Positions 1-10,373 of a DNA stretch of 37,874 nucleotides are shown piece after piece (the stretch's first letter is position 1; each line of letters starts with the position of its first letter). The position numbers were made by a program, and so were the translations under genes. Under the pieces are notes generated by a model. It was not told the origin of the DNA and did no database searches. It saw only the letters and a list, made by a program, of their open reading frames with translations. The stretch covers positions 1 through 37,874 of the forward strand of contig JAISYB010000094.1 in NCBI GenBank assembly GCA_031270215.1. The letters run 5' to 3'. Source of the DNA: Streptococcaceae bacterium (GTDB lineage Bacteria; Bacillota; Bacilli; Lactobacillales; Streptococcaceae).

Positions 1-830
1 GCGTTGTCAAATCTCGTGACACCATTACGATTAAACGGTACAGAAGCATCAACCTGCTCATATCTCACCGTCCCGAAGTTAACTGCGACCGTCGTCTGAG
101 CTGCTGCTGCCGCCACATCGCTTGAGTCATATGTTCCACTCCCATCTGTATCATCAAACGGCCATTCCCACTCAATCGTTACCTCATCATCAAGACCATC
201 GCTGTCATAGTAAAGCGTGACATTACTAAGTGCGGTATCAAGAACCGTCGCAGTAACCCAACCAGAAGTCTGTGGTATATTATTAATAAAAAGCTTAAAC
301 TTCAGTTGAGTTTTTAGATACTCAGCTGAACTGCCATCAAATGTAACCCTAGACCCAGCCGAATCTAGCGCTGGAAACTTAACGGTATAGCTAACTTCGG
401 TAGCACCTGAACCGACAGGGGTGCTGCCATCACTTTTAACGTTATCTTGAATACGAAAACTCTTTTCCCCCCTTGTACCTGGTGCAATCAGATTTTCTGG
501 GTCGGCGGTATCAGTAGGATTATTAAAAACCGTATCCCCGCTCTTGCTACCGCTTGTTTTGAAGTAGGAACTATGTCCTGAGTTCCCCAAATCTGACTCG
601 CCAGAGTGGTAACTATCGGCATAGTAGTATGGCGAAAACAGGTTGCCGATTGAAACCGGCTCTCCGACATGCCAGACTGCGACCTGTGCGTCTTGGTCTG
701 TCGCATTATCGTCAAGATCAAGTGTTGAAACGTACTTGGCATATGTGCCGGTAAAGATACCGATTGAAGCAATCGCTAGCACGACGGCAAGTCCTGCCAC
801 TCTACGCTTGGTTAGTTTAAAGTTTTTCAT
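1..830 (-). CDS. Secreted protein with SipW-type signal peptide, TasA/CalY-like; 3'-partial (runs off window start)
   Basis: Not in the ORF track. ATG at 830 preceded by AGAAAGGGG; frame open to the window edge (~276 codons). MKNFKLTKRRVAGLAVVLAIASIGIFTGTYAKYVS...AQVAVW...LIAPGTRG...EVSY...IEWEWPF...YEQVD; the hydrophobic stretch followed by GTYAKY is typical of SipW-cognate signal peptides. Confidence 0.8.
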   Translation of the reverse strand, partial: MKNFKLTKRRVAGLAVVLAIASIGIFTGTYAKYVSTLDLDDNATDQDAQVAVWHVGEPVSIGNLFSPYYYADSYHSGESDLGNSGHSSYFKTSGSKSGDTVFNNPTDTADPENLIAPGTRGEKSFRIQDNVKSDGSTPVGSGATEVSYTVKFPALDSAGSRVTFDGSSAEYLKTQLKFKLFINNIPQTSGWVTATVLDTALSNVTLYYDSDGLDDEVTIEWEWPFDDTDGSGTYDSSDVAAAAAQTTVAVNFGTVRYEQVDASVPFNRNGVTRFDN

Positions 831-927
831 TTTAATTCCCCTTTCTAAATCTAATCACACCAAAGAACCAACCCTTGTATAACAAGGCTTGACTAGCTGT
901 CTTATAAAAATGGACGCAAAAAGACTA

Positions 928-978
928 CCTGTCCTGTCCTGTCCTGTCCTGTCCTGTCCTGTCCTGTCCTGTCCTGTC
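928..978. repeat. Perfect pentanucleotide microsatellite (CCTGT)10
   Basis: Directly visible; flanked by inverted GACTAC (923-928) and GTAGTC (982-987). Confidence 0.97.
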
Positions 979-1008
979 AGTGTAGTCATCTTAACACCCC
1001 TTTGTCAA
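979..1008 (-). promoter_or_regulatory. Putative sigma-A promoter of the SipW-type gene
   Basis: TTGACA (1008-1003), 18 nt, TACACT (984-979) on the minus strand. Confidence 0.6.
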
Positions 1009-1209
1009 GTAAAACCCTTTTTATTGAAACCGTTTTTAAACTAACTATATTCTAACACATAACTCATCGTAAAGAAAGCGGAATCTGTTTTTTATCCACT
1101 AAATAATCGGCAAACGCCACATTTCACCCCAAGTTTACGCCAACAACAACACTAAACAGCTGATATATCCGAAAAATTTACCCTAAGAGAAAATATTTTC
1201 CACTTGAGG

Positions 1210-1385
1210 TTTTGGGAATTTCCACGGTGACTTTGGGAACTACTCGGCAAATTTTTGAAAAATCCTCGCACACTTTGAAACTACTCAACAACTCTTAGAA
1301 AGTTCACAAAACTTTGAAAAGTTCACAGCACTTTGAGAAACTAAACAATGTATTTGAAAAAGTTCTAACACTTTTAAAATTCTCT
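1210..1385. repeat. Degenerate tandem array, ~9 units of 18-22 bp, consensus about CTTTGAAAAGTTCACAACA
   Basis: TTTG(A/G)(A/G)A-like cores start at about 1211, 1232, 1254, 1274, 1295, 1313, 1332, 1353 and 1372. Confidence 0.7.
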
Positions 1386-1395
1386 TATAGAGGCA

Positions 1396-1430
1396 TAAAT
1401 GCACGAACAGTCCAGCCATTCGTGCATTTA
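1396..1430 (-). terminator. Hairpin downstream of dnaJ (probable terminator or 3' stabiliser)
   Basis: 12-bp perfect stem TAAATGCACGAA/TTCGTGCATTTA with 11-nt loop; no good U-tract. Confidence 0.5.
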
Positions 1431-1535
1431 CCTATATTCTATAAGGCTGGAGCAGATTGAACCAGCCGTTGTCATAACAGTGTGTATGTTGTCAACTTAA
1501 ATGTATTATCGAAATACTTCGTTTCAAGAACACAC

Positions 1536-2678
1536 TTATTTTTTCATAAATTTATCAAAGAAGCCTTCTTTGTGTTCGGTCGGTGTCACGCCACTAGCAA
1601 CCGCAAAAGCTCGGAGTGCTTGGCGTTGTTCTTCGTTTAGATGTTTAGGCGTTTTGAGTTTAACACGAACATGTTGATCGCCATTGCCTGAACCTCGGAG
1701 TTTTGGAGCACCTTTTCCACGAAGTCTAAAGTTGGTTCCTGTTTGTGTGCCTGCCGGAATTTTCAATTTCACTTGTCCGTGAACGGTCGGTACTTCGACA
1801 TCATCTCCTAGCGCAGCTTGAACAAATTCTAAAGGTAATTCGTAGTAGATTTCTGAGCCATCACGTTTAAACTCACGACTTTCATCAACTTGGAAAACAA
1901 CATACAAGTCACCATAGCTACCACCATTTTCGCCAGCTTCACCTTGCCCGCTTAGTCGGATTTGCTGCCCTGTTTCAACACCTGCAGGGACTGTTACTTT
2001 CAATTCATGTTCTTTTTGCTCATGACCTGAACCATGACAGGTTGGACAAAATTCTTTGATTTCCTTACCAGTTCCACGACAAACATCACAGACCTGTTGC
2101 GTCATCACACGCCCAAGTGGTGTGTCACGTGCTACCTGAATACGACCTTGCCCATGACATTTGGAACAAGTTTGCGGCTGCGTACCTGGTTTTGCACCAC
2201 TGCCGTTACAGGTATAACATTGCGCTTGACGTCTATACTTGATTTTCTTCTCAGTGCCAAAGATTGCCTCTTCAAATTTTAAATTCAGACGATATTGTAA
2301 ATCATCGCCTTGCCTTGGTGCGCTCGGATTAGAACGTCCACCGCCGCCACCAAAAAAGCTTTCAAAAATATCTTCAAAGCCACCAAAACCGCCTGCTCCA
2401 CCGCCAAAGCCGGAAAAGCCACCAAAACCGCCTGCTCCGCCACCATAATTTGGATCAGTGCCGCTAAAACCGTATTGGTCATACGCCGCTTTTTTCTGTG
2501 GATCACTTAGTATTTCATAGGCTTCTGAAATTTCTTTAAACTTATCCTCCGCACCGGCTTCTTTGTTGATATCTGGGTGGTATTGCTTTGAAAGCTTGCG
2601 ATAAGCCTTTTTAATCTCTTGCTCTGTTGCGCCTTTTGAGACACCTAATACTTCGTAGTAATCTCTTTTATCAGCCAT
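1536..2678 (-). CDS. dnaJ: Chaperone DnaJ
   Basis: J-domain with HPD, G/F-rich region, four CxxCxGxG repeats; downstream of dnaK. Confidence 0.99.
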   Translation of the reverse strand: MADKRDYYEVLGVSKGATEQEIKKAYRKLSKQYHPDINKEAGAEDKFKEISEAYEILSDPQKKAAYDQYGFSGTDPNYGGGAGGFGGFSGFGGGAGGFGGFEDIFESFFGGGGGRSNPSAPRQGDDLQYRLNLKFEEAIFGTEKKIKYRRQAQCYTCNGSGAKPGTQPQTCSKCHGQGRIQVARDTPLGRVMTQQVCDVCRGTGKEIKEFCPTCHGSGHEQKEHELKVTVPAGVETGQQIRLSGQGEAGENGGSYGDLYVVFQVDESREFKRDGSEIYYELPLEFVQAALGDDVEVPTVHGQVKLKIPAGTQTGTNFRLRGKGAPKLRGSGNGDQHVRVKLKTPKHLNEEQRQALRAFAVASGVTPTEHKEGFFDKFMKK

Positions 2679-2697
2679 TATCTTCTCCTATTTCATT

Positions 2698-2736
2698 TGA
2701 TAAAGAGACTGGGATACTTTCTCAGCCTCTTTATCA
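2698..2736 (-). terminator. Long hairpin between dnaK and dnaJ
   Basis: TGATAAAGAGGCTGAGA-AAGTA-TCCCAGTCTCTTTATCA on the minus strand, just upstream of the dnaJ RBS. Confidence 0.6.
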
Positions 2737-2784
2737 CACGCTTAATTTAATGCGGCAGCAATTGGAACTTCTTGTTTCGTTCTT

Positions 2785-2898
2785 TAATTATTGTTCATGA
2801 TTTAAGAAGGGCACGGTATTGACTGGAAAAACGATAATTTTCTAAACATCTGCAAATTTCTCAGTTTTCTACATTGCTAAACGCTGCTCCCACGCCTT
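2785..2898 (+). repeat. Degenerate copy of dispersed intergenic repeat family
   Basis: TGTTCATGATT...TTGACTGGAAAAACGATAATTTT...CTACATTGCTAAACGCTGCT aligns with blocks of 16773-17000. Confidence 0.55.
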
Positions 2899-2938
2899 AA
2901 AACACCATTGCTCCGCCTACTCATTAACAGTAAAACGT

Positions 2939-4804
<1,866 letters not shown>

Positions 4805-4907
4805 TTATACTAGAAATTGTTATCTTTATAAATCGCTAGTAAATCATGTTAATGCCCGCAAATAGCTTAATTTAAAATCGCACGCACCGCTAGCTTACTT
4901 AGCAAAT

Positions 4908-5426
4908 CTACTGTGCAACAACGACCATACTCGGTCGCAAAACGCGGTCTTGCAGCTGATAACCTTTTTGCAGCACCTGAACAATCGTGTCGCTTTCTTG
5001 TCCATCAGACTTCTCTGTAGTCTGCACAGCTTGGTGCAGATTAGGGTCAAATGCTTGATTCTCAGCTGCAATTTCTTCAACACCCGCTTCTTTTAGAGCA
5101 TTGAGCAAGCTGTCCTCAACCATTTTTAAACCCTTCGCAACAGATTCCGGCAATTCCGGTAATGCTAATGCACGACCGATATTATCCAGACTTGGTAAAA
5201 TCTTCGTTGCCAAATCCTGCGAACGATACTTCTGTAATGCTTGACGTTCCGTTGCAAAGCGCTTGTGCATATTCGCCATTTCAGCTCGTGCACGTAGTAA
5301 TTCATCCTCTTTTTCTTCCAACGTCTGTTTGAGCTGCTCTACCTCATCTACCACTTCAAGCGTTTCATCTACTACTTCTTCTTCCTGTGTTACTTCTACT
5401 GCTTCTTCATTTTTCTTTTTTGACAA
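4908..5426 (-). CDS. grpE: Nucleotide exchange factor GrpE
   Basis: [37 protein letters not shown]; start re-assigned to TTG at 5426 (GGAGG 7 nt upstream). Confidence 0.97.
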   Translation of the reverse strand: MSKKKNEEAVEVTQEEEVVDETLEVVDEVEQLKQTLEEKEDELLRARAEMANMHKRFATERQALQKYRSQDLATKILPSLDNIGRALALPELPESVAKGLKMVEDSLLNALKEAGVEEIAAENQAFDPNLHQAVQTTEKSDGQESDTIVQVLQKGYQLQDRVLRPSMVVVAQ

Positions 5427-5469
5427 AACTACACCTCCGATAGTCGTGCTGCGATCACTCGCAAACGAA

Positions 5470-6522
5470 CTAATTGATTTCATAATGATTAGAACCGACA
5501 TAGCGGTCATAATCATATAGCTTTAACGATAATAATTTGCTCATTGCGCTCATCATGCCAACGATTCTGACATAATCCAAATTGACCGGTCCAAGCATTG
5601 CGATGATACCTTGCTTATTTCCTGGAATGTCATAGGGCTGCGTAATTAACGATAAATCTTGAAATAGTGAATGTCTGCCATCACCAATGTCAACCGTTAA
5701 TCTATCCTTGGTTATTTCCCGAATAATACTTGCAACCTCGTCCGTTTCACCAAAAAATTGATACAATCGCTTCAAGGCATCGCTGTCTGCGGAGTCGATA
5801 TAGTTTAGTGCATTTAACTTCCCACTAACAAATACCTCTTCTTCAAACAAATCCTCAAACAAATGCTCAAATAGTGGCATAACACCTATTGTTACTTTAA
5901 AGTAACGGTGGAGCAGCTGCGGTAATTCGGTACGAATCTTATAATGGACTGCCAGTAATGGATTACCCAACAAGCGATCATGTACAATCTGTTCCAAAAG
6001 CTTCAAGTCCTTCGACAAAAACGTCTTAGGCAGATTGAAAAATTTCGTCGTTGTGTTGGTATTATCCGTAATTAGCACCGCCATTGCCGCATGCGTATTT
6101 AATGGAATAATACTAAAGCCCGTCAGGATTCGCTCACTTGTAACATTGCTGAGCACAAAAGCGGTAAACCCTGTTAATTCAGCCAAAACATTAGCAGCTG
6201 ATTTCAAAATATCCGACTGCTTAAAGAAATCCGGCTCAAAAGCATGATAAATCATTCTAAAATCATGTTCGCTAACCCCTGCGGAATCCAACATAAATTC
6301 TGCAAAATAACGAAATCCTTCAATAGAAGGAACACGTCCTGATGAAGTATGCTCCTTTTGAATGAGCCCCTTCTTCTCCAAAGCGGACAACTCATTTCTA
6401 ATCGTTGCGCTACTTGCTTTAATGCCTTCTTCTACAATCCTCTTCGAACCGATTGGAGCACCCTCAGCCGTATAAATTTTGATTAACAGGTTAAGTATTG
6501 CCATCTGTCGTTCGGTTAACAT
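5470..6522 (-). CDS. hrcA: Heat-inducible transcription repressor HrcA
   Basis: [30 protein letters not shown]; first gene of dnaK operon with CIRCE upstream. Confidence 0.98.
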   Translation of the reverse strand: MLTERQMAILNLLIKIYTAEGAPIGSKRIVEEGIKASSATIRNELSALEKKGLIQKEHTSSGRVPSIEGFRYFAEFMLDSAGVSEHDFRMIYHAFEPDFFKQSDILKSAANVLAELTGFTAFVLSNVTSERILTGFSIIPLNTHAAMAVLITDNTNTTTKFFNLPKTFLSKDLKLLEQIVHDRLLGNPLLAVHYKIRTELPQLLHRYFKVTIGVMPLFEHLFEDLFEEEVFVSGKLNALNYIDSADSDALKRLYQFFGETDEVASIIREITKDRLTVDIGDGRHSLFQDLSLITQPYDIPGNKQGIIAMLGPVNLDYVRIVGMMSAMSKLLSLKLYDYDRYVGSNHYEIN

Positions 6523-6562
6523 ATTATCACCTCACGTCACATACAAATCATATGCCTTGAAA

Positions 6563-6589
6563 TTAGCACTCTATGTGTCTGTTTGCTAA
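6563..6589. promoter_or_regulatory. CIRCE element (HrcA operator), imperfect
   Basis: TTAGCACTC-N9-GTTTGCTAA. Confidence 0.9.
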
Positions 6590-6599
6590 TTCTGTTACT

Positions 6600-6628
6600 A
6601 ATATACTCCCTTTCCAAATCGATGTCAA
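6600..6628 (-). promoter_or_regulatory. hrcA operon promoter
   Basis: TTGACA-17-TATATT between the two CIRCE sites. Confidence 0.8.
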
Positions 6629-6645
6629 CAGTTTAGACAAAAAAA

Positions 6646-6672
6646 TTAGCACTCTTTTTTGCCGAGTGCTAA
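6646..6672. promoter_or_regulatory. CIRCE element (HrcA operator), perfect
   Basis: TTAGCACTC-N9-GAGTGCTAA. Confidence 0.97.
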
Positions 6673-6884
6673 CGAGATGGTTTTACCAAAAAAATAGCTT
6701 AATAAAGAGCACAAAACGATTCAAGACCGCTTAGTTTCTGAGTGCTACAAATTGACACGGTTAAAACTTTTACGATTAAACGTTTTGCAAATAACTAAAA
6801 TTTCAACAATGTAATGGTAGAAATTTATCAAAAATGCCTTTATTTCTTCAAAAAATAGCTTAATAAATCAAAAAAATCAGCATT

Positions 6885-7318
6885 GAATATTTGCTAAAAA
6901 TTGAGATTTGAGGACTTTATGAGCTAACTCTTTATGCCAATTCTATCTTCATGCTGCCGACAAATCTGGTTAGAAAGTTCAGCCTACTTGCGCAGCAAAA
7001 AGGACTTCGCTATCAAGAGATACCCAAGGTTAACGAGGCAATCTGTGACATCGCAGCTTATACAGCTATTCGTTTTCTTCAGGAAGGACCATTGACTGAT
7101 GCTAAAACAACGATTAACATTGCTAAAAAGTTTTTAGAAGAAAAAATTTATTTTATCAAAATATTCGTTTTCGTTTTTTGGAAGCGATTTATCTGATTAA
7201 ATTAGGAAAAGGCGAACGAGGGAAAAAACAGGCAACTAAAATTATCCGATATCTAGAGGACGCAAACTTGACTAACTTCGCAGCGTCATGCGAAACGTAT
7301 TTAAAGCAATCCTTGTAG
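6885..7318 (+). pseudogene. Rgg/GadR/MutR-family regulator pseudogene (C-terminal half, paralog of 8097..9041)
   Basis: EYLLKIEI*GLYELTLYANSIFML...YQEIPKVNEAIC...TTINIAKKFLEEK/LFYQNIRFRFLEAIYLIK aligns with GYLEKVGSWGIYELSLYANSIFML...KFLEDKKLFYEKNRFSFLEGIYLFK. TGA at 6909 replaces Trp, 1-nt frameshift in the A-run near 7145, no HTH. Confidence 0.9.
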
Positions 7319-7412
7319 CAGTCCTCTCATTCTTTGAATTGTGTAAGCTGGAAAAGTAAAAAATGAATGCTCAAATTTTGTTTCAAGTATCATTTCTTTT
7401 GCAAAAGTAATC

Positions 7413-7470
7413 AAAAAATGAAAACCAGCTGAAGTCAAATTGATTGATTTCAGTGATTTTCACATCTTTT
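7413..7470. terminator. Probable bidirectional intrinsic terminator
   Basis: Stem 7419-7438/7444-7462; T6 follows on minus, CATCTTTTT follows on plus. Confidence 0.75.
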
Positions 7471-7499
7471 TAATACTCACCTTGAATATAGAGCGATTT

Positions 7500-7580
7500 C
7501 TAGTGGATACCATTTATTGGTTTATGTACGTGCAGTCCAACAAGAATGTCCAAAATAGTGTGTAAATGAACGCTAAGCAT
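7500..7580 (-). CDS. Putative 26-aa His-rich peptide MLSVHLHTILDILVGLHVHKPINGIH
   Basis: GGAGG (7592-7588) 7 nt before ATG; own promoter upstream and terminator downstream; no recognised family. Confidence 0.55.
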   Translation of the reverse strand: MLSVHLHTILDILVGLHVHKPINGIH

Positions 7581-7592
7581 TGCTCTCCCTCC

Positions 7593-7752
7593 AATCTATT
7601 TAATATTCACCAACCAAAAGCACACCATAAACTTCACTTTTTAAGACTGACTGGTGTTATCAATCTTAAATTGCTTTTGGCACATTGAAGCTTCATACAA
7701 CAGATGATGAGCTTCAATGATTGACTAGAAATTATTGCTAACTTCTAGCTGT
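7593..7752 (-). ncRNA. Candidate structured RNA / 5' leader of the small ORF
   Basis: Three consecutive stem-loops (7749-7724 with GCAA tetraloop; 7719-7683; 7680-7614 with inner 12-bp hairpin); G-U pairs work only on the minus strand. Confidence 0.55.
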
Positions 7753-7757
7753 TTTTT

Positions 7758-7786
7758 ATCTTACTACCTTAAAAAATATTTTGCAA
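7758..7786 (-). promoter_or_regulatory. Putative sigma-A promoter divergent from rgg
   Basis: TTGCAA-17-TAAGAT; predicted start lies just before the first hairpin. Confidence 0.65.
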
Positions 7787-8018
7787 CGGCTGTTTTCGTA
7801 TAGGTTAACAGCGGTTTTAAAGGCATTCGTCGACAATAAAACGCTTTATATCAACGTTTTCAATCATTGCCTCTTAATAATCAATTAGTCATCAAAAAGA
7901 AATAATCAGCCAAAAAGCACTGATATATCAGTCTTTTGTCAGAATTTTTAAAAAAGTCTGAAATTTGTTCCCAAGTTAACTTATACGAAACTTTTATTGT
8001 GGTTATTTAATGAATAAC

Positions 8019-8047
8019 TTGACAAAATTTAAGAATATGTTTAAAAT
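8019..8047 (+). promoter_or_regulatory. Promoter of the Rgg-family gene
   Basis: TTGACA-17-TAAAAT. Confidence 0.8.
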
Positions 8048-8096
8048 CCCTTTGGATACCTTAGCAATTTATTGAAAAGGAGAGTGTTGAGGAGTT

Positions 8097-9041
8097 ATGA
8101 ACCATTTGGGACCTGCTTTTAGAAGGATACGAAAAGCTAAAAATATAACGCTTAAAGAAGCCACTGAGGGAATTATTTCCCTACCTTTTGCTTCAAAGTG
8201 GGAACGTGGATTATACAGGATTACTGCCGCAAAGCTTGTTGGACTGCTTGAACGGCTTGCCACAACCTTTGATGAATTGATGCTTGTCCATCGTCAGCAT
8301 GACTTTAGTTTTGATAATCAACGCTTCTTTGAGAAGGTGAATAAATACGTCAACGCTCGTGATATCAGCTCCCTATATGGCTTAATCAAAAAGGAAGAGC
8401 TCAAGACAAACGTGATTAATCCTCATATGAAAAAACAACGAATTATCATCTTAAAACAACATATTAATCAAATGACCGGTATAAATTTTGATAAAAGAGA
8501 AATCGGACTCATCACAGGCTATTTAGAAAAGGTGGGTTCTTGGGGGATTTACGAGCTATCTCTTTATGCGAACTCAATTTTTATGCTTTCAACAGAAACT
8601 GTCACAAAGCTTAGTCTGCTGGCACACAAAAATGGATTATCTTATCAAGAGTTGCCAAAGGTTAGCGAAGAAATCTGTAATGTCGCATCAAAGACGGTCG
8701 TTCATTTTCTTAAAAGGGATCTACTGGAAGAAGCGATAACAACGATTAATATCACACAAAAATTTCTAGAGGACAAGAAATTATTTTATGAAAAGAATAG
8801 ATTTAGCTTTCTGGAAGGCATTTATCTCTTCAAAGCTGGCAAGCAGAAAACTGGACTTAAAAAAACAGCTAATGCCATCTATTACTTATGTGAAATGGAA
8901 ATGCCCGAGCAGGCTACTTCATATAAAAACACATTAGTTAAGACCTTAAACGACCTTTTTTCCGAGGAACAAGTATCAAAAATCGTAAAAGAACTTGAAG
9001 CATATCTTGAAGCACTTAGGAATTTGACTGCTGCCTCATAA
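8097..9041 (+). CDS. Rgg/GadR/MutR-family transcriptional regulator
   Basis: N-terminal XRE HTH (G..FRRIRKAKNITLKE...SKWERG) and the Rgg signature YL..V..W..YEL.LY.N; 314 aa. Confidence 0.92.
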   Translation: MNHLGPAFRRIRKAKNITLKEATEGIISLPFASKWERGLYRITAAKLVGLLERLATTFDELMLVHRQHDFSFDNQRFFEKVNKYVNARDISSLYGLIKKEELKTNVINPHMKKQRIIILKQHINQMTGINFDKREIGLITGYLEKVGSWGIYELSLYANSIFMLSTETVTKLSLLAHKNGLSYQELPKVSEEICNVASKTVVHFLKRDLLEEAITTINITQKFLEDKKLFYEKNRFSFLEGIYLFKAGKQKTGLKKTANAIYYLCEMEMPEQATSYKNTLVKTLNDLFSEEQVSKIVKELEAYLEALRNLTAAS

Positions 9042-9058
9042 TCTTTCCGTTAATAAAT

Positions 9059-9103
9059 ATCAAAAATCCGAACTCATTTATTCTGAGTCCGGATTTTTTT
9101 GAT
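9059..9103. terminator. Bidirectional terminator between rgg and rplT
   Basis: AAAAATCCGAACTCA-TTTATTC-TGAGTCCGGATTTTTTT. Confidence 0.85.
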
Positions 9104-9191
9104 AGCTCTTCTTTTATTTTCATAATAAAAAGCTTTTCTAACATCAGTCCGCTTTATCTGCTTTTCAGAATTAGGACTGTTATGTGATTAA

Positions 9192-9551
9192 TTATTTAGC
9201 TAATGCTTTTTTCGCTGCGTCAGCAATTTTAGCAAATGCTACTGCATCATTAATTGCAAGATCTGCTAGCATTTTGCGGTTAACCTCAATACCTGCTAAT
9301 TTTAACCCATGAGTTAATTTAGAGTATGATAGACCATTGATGCGTGCAGCTGCGTTGATTCGTTGAATCCATAATTTACGGAAATCACGTTTCTTTTGAC
9401 GACGATCGCGGTAAGCATAATTATAAGAATTCATCACCTGCTCTTTAGCTGTTTTAAATAGAGCATGTTTTGAACCATAGTAACCCTTCGCTAATTTTAA
9501 AATACGTTTACGACGTTTGCGTGAAACAACGCCACCTTTAACACGTGCCAT
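9192..9551 (-). CDS. rplT: 50S ribosomal protein L20
   Basis: MARVKGG...[16 protein letters not shown]...NRKMLADLA. Confidence 0.99.
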   Translation of the reverse strand: MARVKGGVVSRKRRKRILKLAKGYYGSKHALFKTAKEQVMNSYNYAYRDRRQKKRDFRKLWIQRINAAARINGLSYSKLTHGLKLAGIEVNRKMLADLAINDAVAFAKIADAAKKALAK

Positions 9552-9583
9552 TTATATATCCTCCTAGTAATCTTAAATTTAAA

Positions 9584-9784
9584 TTATTTCAAACCGCTAA
9601 GCATTTGACGAATACGTTTAAAATCACCACTTGAAACCATGCTTGCTTTGCGTAATTGACGACGTTGTTTTTTAGTTTTCCCGTGGAAACGGTGTGATGT
9701 ATACGCACGGAAACGTTTTAATCCACCTTTACCAGTACGTTTAAAACGCTTTGCTGATGCACGGTGTGTTTTTTGCTTTGGCAT
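9584..9784 (-). CDS. rpmI: 50S ribosomal protein L35
   Basis: [18 protein letters not shown]; true start at 9784 with AGGAGG RBS (ORF track over-extends it). Confidence 0.99.
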   Translation of the reverse strand: MPKQKTHRASAKRFKRTGKGGLKRFRAYTSHRFHGKTKKQRRQLRKASMVSSGDFKRIRQMLSGLK

Positions 9785-9818
9785 TATAAAATCCTCCTGA
9801 GTAATCGAGTTTAAATTA

Positions 9819-10337
9819 TTATTTCTTATCTTGAATTGGTGCAAGTTGTAAGAACATTGAACGACCATCCATTTTTGGACGCTGCTCAACTGTTGCAATA
9901 TCCTTCGTCGCTTCGGCAAAGCGCTCCAACACTCTTTGACCGACATCCCTATGCGTAATCATCCGACCTTTAAAACGAATGGATACTTTGACCTTATCGC
10001 CTTTTGAGAGAAATTTCGTCGCAGCTTTTAGCTTCGTATTAAAATCATTATCATCAATATTTGGACTTAAACGAACTTCCTTGATATTGACAATTTTTTG
10101 ATTTTTACGTTGTTCTTTTAGCTTTTTCTGTTGTTCAAATTTAAACTTCCCATAGTTTAAAACCTTGGCAACTGGCGGTTTAGCTTGTGGTGAAACTAAA
10201 ACTAAGTCTAAATTTGCCGTCTCAGCAATCTTTAACGCCTCAGCAATAGGCTTAATCCCTAGCTGCTCACCCTCTGCACCTACTAAACGAACTTCGCGTG
10301 CTCGAATTTCTTCATTAATAAACAAATCTTTTGCTAT
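9819..10337 (-). CDS. infC: Translation initiation factor IF-3 (probable ATA start)
   Basis: [13 protein letters not shown]...PPVAK...KEVRLSP...[17 protein letters not shown] lies 6 nt before ATA at 10337. Confidence 0.98.
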   Translation of the reverse strand: MAKDLFINEEIRAREVRLVGAEGEQLGIKPIAEALKIAETANLDLVLVSPQAKPPVAKVLNYGKFKFEQQKKLKEQRKNQKIVNIKEVRLSPNIDDNDFNTKLKAATKFLSKGDKVKVSIRFKGRMITHRDVGQRVLERFAEATKDIATVEQRPKMDGRSMFLQLAPIQDKK

Positions 10338-10373
10338 GTCTAACACCTCACTTTGTATTTTTTAGAAAAAACG

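Noticed and set aside
488..882. ORF-track ORFs 488..772(-) and 643..882(+)
   Set aside because: Off-frame or antisense to the real partial gene starting at 830, which has an RBS and signal peptide.
1210..1385. Array as a CRISPR
   Set aside because: Period too short, no unique spacers, no cas genes.
7363..7470. Antitoxin promoter on the plus strand converging on the shared terminator
   Set aside because: A TATCAT exists at 7388-7393 but no credible -35 at correct spacing; type I TA remains only a hypothesis.
7817..7867. 16-aa ORF MIENVDIKRFIVDECL as an Rgg pheromone
   Set aside because: RBS only 2 nt from ATG, overlaps a palindrome, not SHP-like.
9785..9946. N-terminal extension of L35 (also of GrpE, LysM protein, CiaR, ArgH)
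   Set aside because: Longest-ORF artefacts; internal starts have proper RBS and match family N-termini.
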